This document shows positions 56,201 to 64,000 of a stretch of DNA of 64,000 bases, in pieces. The notes below the pieces were generated by a model, which saw only the letters and a program-made list of their open reading frames with translations, was not told where the DNA came from and ran no database searches. A program made the position numbers and the translations under genes. Source of the DNA: Fimbriosthenelais zetlandica (Eukaryota); assembly GCA_977030845.1 (NCBI GenBank), contig OZ365115.1, positions 7,564,001 through 7,628,000 on the forward strand. Direction: 5' to 3'. Every line of letters starts with the position of its first letter. Positions within the stretch are counted from its first letter, which is position 1.

Positions 56201-58358
56201 CAGCATCTCTAGCCGAACACTAGAAGTCGCCATTACATTTAATTTTGAACAATGAAGCGAGGGACGACACTGTGTTACACGATCGCAGGGAGCAATACAA
56301 GATTATTGTGTGAGCCACTCCAATTAATTGGCAATTTAATCTAACTCTCGGCATCTCAGGCAGGCAAATGACATGAATTCTCATTATGCCCAAGGTCTCT
56401 ATGGACAATTATCGAATTCAACTCCATGTCGTGGGCTGGGAAGATGGTGGTGTAGATTTTTACATTAGAGTACCATTTATATGCGCAAAGTGTTTCTACA
56501 AGCATCTGAACTTTTGACCTGAGAAACTTCTCCAAAGGCATGTAAGGCAGGTCGAAAATGGAAAACAGAAAAAAAATGTTTGTCTGGAAATGAGAGTAAG
56601 TGACATTAGATGCGCATTGAAACTCTGGATCAAATGGCCCACTCGAGGGAGCGATTTGGACAAATGAAACGGCTGGAAAAAAGGTTCATATTATCGATAC
56701 AGTCTGGTTGCTATGACAACATAATCCACCCGATCTGATATCCCCATACAGGCTTCACTAATCCTGAAGGGGAAGGATGTCAGTTCCCCATATATAGCAA
56801 ACAAAGGATTTTGCTAATAGCTTTACATGATGCAAGTCGTATGCAAACTAATCAAATAAATGTATATGACCGTAGGCTCTGAAAATGAAACCAATGTTCG
56901 GAACTTAACAGAAGCTTAACAAGATATATCAAGATATAAGACAAATCCAGGTAATAGTCTTGGGAAAGATTATAAAGATACATATAATTGAACAACACAG
57001 CACAAATGTCTTCAAGCAAAATGATGTAGAATATCTTGTTATAAAAGGAAATGATCCAAGAATTAAGGTACATAGGATTGGGAAGATTTTTATGAAAAAT
57101 TCAGTGAAATATAAGTTTCATGTGGGAAGATTTGAAGTTGGAAGGGTGTCAAAATGAGATAGATAAAGGGAGAGATGCTTACCTTTCCACCCGACCTTGC
57201 AAGCCTCCTTGACCTTGACATTAATCATGACTTTGTCCGAGGTCCTGGAGTGCTGCGGGCCTCCACAGTCCTCTACTCGTACCTCCAGAATGTAGTTATG
57301 ATTCTTAGAGTAGTCCAATGGCTCCGTGTTGTACAGCACACCTGCGACAGGAATAAGTCAATAATATTAATACAAACCGTCAAAGTGGCAGACAAAATAT
57401 ACCTTTTACCAACTATTCCCAGATATCTGGTATTAAAATCACGTAAATATTGACATATATTCTTCCAGGTAAATACTTAAACATTAGTCCTAAGATGTTT
57501 TCAGAGCGAATTATAAATAGAAGTTCCTAGGCTTTTCATTTTTATTTTGCATGTGAAAATGACATAAAAGATTTCGGTGAAAAGCTTCACTCACCATCAC
57601 TGTCTATCTTGAATGGTACATCCGGGGTGAGGATGTGGTAATGACAGATTGTGCTGTAATCTGTGGACCCGTCCTTGTCTTCCGCACGGAGAAGTAGGAT
57701 CTCATCGAAAAGTTGACCCTCAGCAACCTCCACCAAATAGGAATCCCGCTCAACATGGGGAGCAAACTCGTTCACATCACGCACCTCAATATGGACCTGC
57801 TCCCTGTGGAAGTGGAGTTAGGTGTTAATTTACATCACAATTCAATGGAATAGTAAAAAAGATAGTGATATTATAGACCAAGTTAGTGAATAGTTCAGGA
57901 ATACTTGATTTCCAACACTAAGAAAAAATATTATTGTCGAAATATTTTAATGAGCAACCAATGGATAGCCTAATTTCGCCAATAATGAAAATAATAAATG
58001 TTTAAGTTCTTCTAATTAATTATATAGGCTAACTTTGTGTGGCTTGTTTTGCTGCCTTATCTTAAAGGTCAGACATTTCCAGTATAGTGCCCCAGTAAGA
58101 GTAGAGGCGCCTGGATGCCACTCAAAACACTAAGGTAAAGGGTAGCCAGAAGGCACATTAAGACACACCTCATAGCATGTTTGCCACTCTCGCAGTCATG
58201 GGGTGCGATCTCAAAGTTGTACCGGTGTCTCCGCTCATAGTTCAGTTGATAGCCAGGGGCGAGGACGATTTTGGCTTTTCCCGTTTGCCTGTTCTGTAGC
58301 ACCACTTTGAACGGCAGTTCGCTGTGTGATTTATAGATTGTGAAACCACAAATCTCAT
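14097..58358 (-). CDS. CLSTN1: Calsyntenin (alcadein/CLSTN family); 5' exon(s) outside the window
   Basis: 15 exons join in frame (2693 nt, ~896 aa). They encode two cadherin repeats (EICGF..., [16 protein letters not shown]), a LamG/LNS domain ([46 protein letters not shown]), a TM helix, and a cytoplasmic tail with [15 protein letters not shown], an acidic tract and a terminal [10 protein letters not shown]. The symbol denotes the family; invertebrates usually have one calsyntenin, so CLSTN1 vs 2/3 orthology is not resolvable. Confidence 0.97.
14388..14582. mobile_element. Palindromic MITE-like element / long imperfect hairpin in the last calsyntenin intron
   Basis: Inner inverted repeat 14432-14462 vs 14488-14518 (25/31 complementary); outer cacacagaggcgatt vs aatcgcctatatatgtg; aagcttaagt direct repeats at 14388 and 14573. 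Confidence 0.55.
14638..14819 (-). CDS. CLSTN1: Calsyntenin exon: transmembrane helix plus first W-acidic/NP motifs
   Basis: cattgttgcag acceptor; GAG|gtcagt donor; 182 nt; [26 protein letters not shown]...[19 protein letters not shown]. Confidence 0.96.
14843..15045. repeat. 21-bp minisatellite (~9.5 copies, ttttaaagggatatgaaacac)
   Basis: Visible tandem array; it explains the spurious repetitive ORFs 14611-14967 (N-terminal part) and 14726-15058. Confidence 0.95.
15132..15267 (-). CDS. CLSTN1: Calsyntenin exon (LDVIHTIHH...KRHANAS), juxtamembrane stalk
   Basis: tttttccacag acceptor; CTA|gtaagt donor; 136 nt. Confidence 0.92.
15467..15612 (-). CDS. CLSTN1: Calsyntenin exon ([16 protein letters not shown]...NEFSIK)
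   Basis: tgttacag acceptor; AAG|gtgaat donor; 146 nt. Confidence 0.95.
15825..16038 (-). CDS. CLSTN1: Calsyntenin exon (DNDKKSRE...QGVIVS)
   Basis: tttgtttcaag acceptor; CCG|gtgagt donor; 214 nt. Confidence 0.9.
16473..16683 (-). CDS. CLSTN1: Calsyntenin exon (CESGRSIQV...EETDKK)
   Basis: gactgtag acceptor; AAG|gtgagc donor; 211 nt. Confidence 0.93.
17119..17270 (-). CDS. CLSTN1: Calsyntenin exon ([10 protein letters not shown]...KIRTDV)
   Basis: tctttttcag acceptor; CAC|gtaagt donor; 152 nt. Confidence 0.95.
17465..17619 (-). CDS. CLSTN1: Calsyntenin exon ([16 protein letters not shown]...MQTGM)
   Basis: ttttctccag acceptor; ATG|gtaagt donor; 155 nt. Confidence 0.95.
17868..17997 (-). 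CDS. CLSTN1: Calsyntenin exon (VRLYIDGK...GACWQ)
   Basis: ccgcttccag acceptor; AAG|gtgagt donor; 130 nt. Confidence 0.95.
20761..21180. repeat. 30-bp minisatellite, 14 copies, with 60-bp higher-order alternation
   Basis: Core ttcccaggctttccatgacc with alternating ggggg-aaacc and ctggg-aatca spacers. Confidence 0.97.
21219..21397 (-). CDS. CLSTN1: Calsyntenin exon (MNRHHYSLY...VSIDFPQ)
   Basis: tctgtattttcag acceptor; CAG|gtgagt donor; 179 nt. Confidence 0.95.
21470..21760. repeat. (ATGG)n microsatellite with duplicated purine-rich spacers
   Basis: 20 perfect ATGG copies at 21581-21660; gggttggagggtgagtgg(g/a)agggaggtt occurs twice. Confidence 0.97.
29501..29527 (-). other. Candidate 27-nt in-frame calsyntenin micro-exon ([10 protein letters not shown])
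   Basis: Acceptor cttgtatgtatattctcag, donor CTG|gtgagt; phase 1-1, no stop. Confidence 0.4.
29667..29687. repeat. (GGT)7 microsatellite
   Basis: Directly visible. Confidence 0.9.
30776..30995 (+). repeat. G-rich low-complexity tract (GGGGT-like)
   Basis: Many runs of 3-5 G separated by short loops. Confidence 0.9.
33496..33726. repeat. 21-bp minisatellite (gagagctggatagacgcaacc), 5 perfect copies at 33557-33661 plus degenerate flanks
   Basis: Directly visible; it explains ORFs 33401-33865, 33447-33659 and 33457-33711. Confidence 0.95.
35910..36176 (-). CDS. CLSTN1: Calsyntenin exon ([12 protein letters not shown]...LLCNSDGE), start of LamG domain
   Basis: tttgctaacag acceptor; AAA|gtaagt donor; 267 nt; followed by a 14,512-bp intron. 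Confidence 0.95.
36964..37155 (-). CDS. CLSTN1: Calsyntenin exon ([11 protein letters not shown]...QRKIC)
   Basis: gtttttcag acceptor; GCG|gtaagt donor; 192 nt. Confidence 0.95.
39126..39283 (+). repeat. G-rich tract including a G19 homopolymer (39253-39271)
   Basis: Directly visible. Confidence 0.9.
57183..57341 (-). CDS. CLSTN1: Calsyntenin exon ([10 protein letters not shown]...CKVGWK)
   Basis: cctgtcgcag acceptor; AAG|gtaagc donor; 159 nt; followed by a 20,027-bp intron. Confidence 0.95.
57595..57803 (-). CDS. CLSTN1: Calsyntenin exon ([15 protein letters not shown]...FKIDSD)
   Basis: cttccacag acceptor; ATG|gtgagt donor; 209 nt. Confidence 0.95.
58169..58358 (-). CDS. CLSTN1: Calsyntenin exon (EICGFTIYK...GKHAM), cadherin repeat 1
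   Basis: ttctgctttccag acceptor; AG|gtgtgt donor; 190 nt, phase 1 to 2. Confidence 0.93.
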
Positions 58359-59942
58359 CTGGAAAGCAGAAATCAATAAGAGCATTTAAATCTCATGTAA
58401 GCAAAGAAAAAAATACTTATCCTCATCCATTCCACTTGTTGTGAAGCGGCACTTGAGACTAAATCCAAAAGGATGGGCTTTTATGATTTTTTCCATTTAC
58501 TGATAGACTTGAATCGATCTTAATTGATACCCACTTATGCCCCATATTATGCCAGATGAGGGCCATTTAAGCATGTATTACCATTTTAATGGAATATCAA
58601 TACCAATTTTAGAACATTTTCCAAAGCCCTACCACCATTCCTATTGGCCTCAGTAGTATTACTTAAATTACCAGAAAGATATTCCAAATAATGTTCATAA
58701 TAAATCCGTGAAGGGACCCATTAGTGAATCCGGATAAATTTCAGTTTGAAACGCCTTGTACAAAACAGCTCAGACTTTTGAGAGAAATTTTAAGACAGAT
58801 TTGGACCTTATTTATGGACAGGAAACCGTGTTACTGTCTCTTAATATGGGAAAAATAATTGAGGCTCCCTTGGCTTGAGACCCTTGTACGACCCGAAATG
58901 ACCAGAGATGGGCAGAGTGGGGAGATTTTAAGACATTTCCCCCTTAAATACTCCAGCATCCAGCTGGCTTCACTGTCATGTAGGATCTAAACACAGCGGT
59001 GTAAATCAGCCGGCAAGCATAACTAAGTCCATATCTGTCATCCCTTTTTCCCCGCAGCGCTATTTTTCTCCATTTATAATGCATGGCGCGTGCAATCTTG
59101 CTCGTACTCTCCTCACGTGGGCTCAGCCTCGTTCTGAGGCCGAGGCACATCCTACAAGGCCGGGTTTCATTCCCGTTAATACAAGCCTGGCGCAGGAGAC
59201 ACTCTCATAAATAGAGTTGTCATTTCACATCATCAATAACTAGAGGCTAAAGGCGGGAGATGGAGAGACGACCTGAGCTGCTCGCTCAATGGATGAGTCA
59301 CTCAAGCATTACACAGCACTGGGTAACATAATCATCAAGGTTCATATATACCATACCAAACATATCCTAACAATGCTAAATATCAAGCACTCAACACTCA
59401 AACAGTACTACTTTCCAAACTCTACCTATTACTCTAAAATTAGAAATTCCCAGTTTTTCATAATGTCCTAGGAAGAAATGTTAAAATATTTTAAATTCTA
59501 CAAGTAGATGCACAAGGGGGGGTGATATATTAAACCTACATTATGATTCACCTATGACTAGACCTACTCCACTTAGACAAAGAAATTTAAAACTAGAAAT
59601 TTAAGACTTTCCAGTTTAGATATCTACAGTTACTGAATACTGGCAAACGCCGATATGTTCTCTCAACCAACTATAGTGGCCTCCCATTGACACTATGCAT
59701 ACTAATGGTAGATCTTGAGATCTAAATGTTGCAATTTCCCAAGGGCCATTACCTCCTAGGACTGCAGTCAACATTAAGAGCCTGTGTACAATCCAAAAGA
59801 GCTATACTACTTACTTCCTTAAAACAGCACAAGGCAAGTCTAAATTCTCCTCATCTAATGACTCTAAGATTTGGCTACAAAGTTCCACATTTATATCTTA
59901 TTTTTAAAGCCAATACAGATATTTTTTCTAGATGTCACATAC

Positions 59943-59972
59943 TTTCAAAAGTGGTCCATATTCTTCCATCCC
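59943..59972 (-). other. Candidate 30-nt in-frame calsyntenin cassette exon (xGG-DGRIWTTFE-N)
   Basis: Strong acceptor tttcctctcttcacattttgttccag, donor AAA|gtatgt; open in the phase-1 frame required by the downstream exon. Confidence 0.5.
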
Positions 59973-62900
59973 CTGGAACAAAATGTGAAGAGAGGAAACC
60001 TCATGGGTATATAGAAGGAAATAATTGCTAATGCGCTAAATACATATTCTTAATGGCATGACATTTAACATCGTAGAAGCATGAGAGACTATTTTTGCAC
60101 TTCAACTGTAAGGTTCATGTTTTACAGGAGAAATGCAGACTCGACATTCCTCTTATACCTTCTAGCTTCTGACATTCATTTTTAGCCAACAACAAAGTGA
60201 AAATATTATTGAATATTTCATGCTCTGCCAAGATTTTCTGCTTATAGAGAAAGTACACTGATGTACAATCGTGAATATTAAAACCATAGTCAATCCGGCA
60301 TGGGAAATGACATCAGAATTTGAAATTTAAACAGAGCAGATAGGGATGAGATTATTGACAACTTTGGTAATACTGTTGCCTTGCAAATGAGGTTTAGAAA
60401 AAAGTTAATGACACTTCTTTTCACTTGTAGTTCAGATTCACGCCTCCCTGAAGCAACCTTTTTAAAAGACTGCCATAAAAATGCAAAACCTATTTTCAGG
60501 CTGGCTAACATAAACCCCAGTGCACCAAAAAACCAATGGCGCATTCGCCAGCCATAATCAAATGTCCTTGGTGCACTTGGCAACTCTGCACGCCCCCAGA
60601 CAACCCAATCCAGTCAACTCTGACTAACGGAGAATCGATATTTCATAGAAGACACAGAGGCCTTCCTCAGAAATTCTCCGCCGTAACGGAGCCAATGGAA
60701 CGAGGTGGAGATCCATAGAAAGAGGCTTTTGTGGTTCGTGTAAATATAGGATAAAAAGTGGGGAGCTGGGGCTGAGATCGAGGTATAGCTTGGGTGTGTG
60801 AGCGGGGGACGGGAGGGAAGAAAGGTTTTGTATATAGTGTAGGTTCAGACATTAATGGGAAGAGGCGGAGGAGGGGGGAAGGGGAAGGCTTCACCTGTAT
60901 CCTGTTTGTGATAACAGGATGGGTGAAGTACTCTCAATATGTACACTGCTTTATACAGACTAAACGCACCTGGGCCTTATGTTAATGGCTTAAAATGCAG
61001 GTGAGGTATTGTGTAGGTGACATCCCGTTTGAATAGATAGGATTTAGGGAAGGAGTAAGGAGTAAGAAGAGAGACGGGCAAAGAAACAAGAAGGAGAACT
61101 AGAAAACTAAAGTAGCAGGGAAAAAGCTACAGACAGACGGATACATCCCAATAGACTAGCTATAAAGCAGGGAGGACAATGTATCAGGATGTAAGAGAGG
61201 GCGGGGGCAGCGTTAAAGTGGGAGAAGGCAATGTTTATTAATTTATAGAGGCAATCTCAACTTAAAAGCCTACTTGACGGAGAGAGAGGTCGAACAGGTT
61301 GAACGGAGTGGGGGAGTTGACAATTTAGATAAAATACATGTGGGACGTGAATATAACCTCTAAACTCGGCATTATATTCGTGGACTGAATCCGATAGGAC
61401 TAGATCACAAGGGGGAGCTGCAATTTATATTTTCGTCACGTATAAAAAAGATTTCACCACTCATCCGGGTAGCATTATGGACCATGTCGAACGATTATTC
61501 TTTCAAGTATGAGGAAAGGACAAAAAAGCGGAGGGGGCGTATGAACTAAACAGGGGTGTAGATTTAAGCCGGAATTGACCATCACCATCTACTACTACTC
61601 GAATTGGGAGCTAAATTCCAATTTCCTTTCAAAATCAGAATGTTTTTGAAAGGATAGATATTTAACGTACAAATTTTAATGTAAGTTAATCCAACACTGG
61701 ACCTCTAATGGGAATGGAGAATGACATTTCCAGTACATTTCCCCACATCCACGTGTACCCCCCCCCCTTATATAGACCCCCGCCCCTTTTCTCGGTTGTA
61801 TAGATCTCTAGCTCACCTGAGGACCATCTGTCGGTGCTTTGTTATGCCACATTCCAGACAGACCCAGTCATAAGTCAACTGGTGTGTGGAGGCAGTCACA
61901 ACACCTCTATATCCTACACACCCGCTCCTCCACTACCCTCATACATACATGTCATTAACTCACCCCCTCAACCATCACACCCGCCTCTCATTTAACGCAT
62001 AATTTCAATTTCAACAGACGAGAATGATTCATGTACAAGTTCACCTCTTCTCACATCCAAGATCATCTCTTGAAATTCCAAATGACTTGTTTTTCACTTT
62101 AGAGTGAACTCCCCTTGTGTCATCAATCATATTATGCAGTCTGAGCTATCTGCCGCATACCAGAACATTTTTCGCTTCGTATTTCTCATTTTTTTCATCT
62201 CCTTGACACATCTTCACGCGTGTGAAGCAGACAGTAGGATCGTCCATCAAGTTGTAAGCTACTTCTCACAGCCTGTAACTTCATACCACTGTATATATCT
62301 ACAGTATATACCTGTCCATCGCCGCCATGTCCACTCATACCTTTAGAAACCTGACTCTCTGCTATTTTTACTCCAATATTCTATTGTGTATTTATACAGA
62401 AATATATTTTGGATATGATGCAAAAATAATGCAGAAATAATGGAGCATAATCAGCATTGCTTTAAGGAAAACCTCGCTGAGCAGATGGCTCATTTGTACA
62501 TTTAAGCCTCCACAGATAATTTCGAGATAGATTTAATATAAAATAATGGTAGAGACCATACATTAGTTTACAATGTACAAAAAATCCAGTTTCCAAAAGG
62601 ATTCATATATCCAAACTAGTATCCATAAACGGGAAAGGAATCAAATTAGAAGGCAAATGTTATGGTTTGAGAGAAAAGGGGGCAATATTGGACCTTGAAG
62701 CCAATTGATTTGATTTTACCAAGTGGCTATTCTCTACCCTACTACATCTTCACTGGTCCATGTCAAGGATCTGAGATGATCTGGGTCAGGTGTAAAAAGA
62801 ACCAGCATACTGCTGATCTAAAATCCACGAAGCTGTGTCCCCACAAGTGGGTCAAAGTACGGTATAACAGGTAAAGAGAGCCAGTGGGATTCAGTGATGG

Positions 62901-64000
62901 GGAAGATTGGAGACAGGTGCCAGGTGCGGTTTTCAGAATACAGGAAATTAATATTCCGATATATAGTGAGGTCTATATTTGATTTTCTGTATATGATCAG
63001 ATCCCTTTTACAGGAGGTAAATAGATAGATGTATAACCATGAGAACAATTAACATGGGTAACAATTCATAATCGGGAAATTTATACTTGTATTAGTTAAT
63101 TTCTGTGATAAATATTGCCAAGAAGATGTATCTATATGAACACTACTGTAGTACAGGGTGCATCAAACTGTAGGTCTGCCATTATACATTGTCCCAACTG
63201 CTATCATTTTTAATACTACATGTAGCTGATAGCGTTTTAAAGCACCAATTTGATCCCGGGCCAGATTTAATGCTGTATCGCATGATGGCTTCTCCTATAA
63301 CGGTGAACAGGAGAGAGCAGTTGGTGGACATACAGTCTCCATGTGGAGGTTTAACCTAGACTAAATATACTAGTATCAGGTGGACTAATATAACCTGGCC
63401 GCACTAAACCACTTTTTCTAACCAGGCAACAGAAATATTTATTACCCTGCCAACGGGATGCCAATCAGTCGATCAAATATTCTATTGATTATCAATTGAA
63501 TCAATTGAATAATGATCAAATCAATTGATCAAATATAGATAATATAATACTGTGTTAATTGAACTGGTTTTCGGACGTTAAAACAACCGGCTCAGTGTGC
63601 CGTCGACCTCAGTAAAAACCAGTGTATTTTGTTGGTTTTACATGATACCAGACACTAGTATATATCTTGGTGTATTGGGGGGAGCCTGCGGCACCATTAA
63701 AAGTCACCCGGGCTCTAGGTATGACAATATATCACCAGGTCGGGCAGGGAATGTGACTTTCATATATGACACATGTAAGGCCTGGGGCCCATATAACCAA
63801 CCACACAACTCTATAGCTTACACCTATGTCAGTGTTCAGTAGAGTAACAGATACAGCAGGCCCCTGGTTCAGTTGATCGATCAATTTTGGCCACTCATAA
63901 AAACCTTTTTTCCAACTTGTAAATCATAGAACTCTGAACTGTTTTAAATTGAAACGTCATAATTTAAAATAATAAAACCGTCCCGTTAAAGATCTAAAGG

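Noticed and set aside
58359-64000. Search for the calsyntenin signal-peptide/first cadherin exon
   Set aside because: No reading frame resembling it was found; strong donors at ~61816 and ~63822 give stop-containing or wrong-phase exons, so it must lie beyond the window.
1-64000. rRNA, tRNA, CRISPR arrays, transposase or reverse-transcriptase ORFs, REST/RE1 sites
   Set aside because: None recognisable on either strand by eye; tRNAscan-SE, Infernal and RepeatMasker would be needed to exclude degenerate copies.

Overview
AT-rich, intron-rich genomic DNA from an animal. It is most likely an invertebrate bilaterian; the exact taxon cannot be determined from the sequence. All exon boundaries were read by hand (GT-AG, phases checked). 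Three protein-coding genes are present. (1) A minus-strand DUF4062-domain gene (TEP1/NWD/TTC41-related N-terminus) starts MGCGAS at 2923 and runs off the left edge. (2) A complete 4-exon ICMT gene lies on the plus strand (5334-7023, 284 aa), head-to-head with gene 1. (3) A large minus-strand calsyntenin gene has 15 coding exons between 14097 and 58358 (~896 aa seen); its signal-peptide/first exons lie beyond the right edge. No rRNA, tRNA, CRISPR array or intact transposase/RT ORF was seen, and most entries in the ORF track are antisense, intronic or repeat-derived. The most interesting unexplained signals are: frame-preserving 27-30 nt candidate micro-exons in calsyntenin introns, one at the position of the vertebrate CLSTN1 10-aa alternative insert; five exact RFX X-boxes across the calsyntenin locus; a compact bidirectional promoter surrounded by TAGGCCTA palindromes; YCAY-rich tandem repeats flanking one exon; a palindromic MITE-like hairpin in the last intron; and a possible antisense signal-peptide exon. 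All of these are hypotheses that need RNA-seq or comparative data. I cannot claim a demonstrated new biological system.
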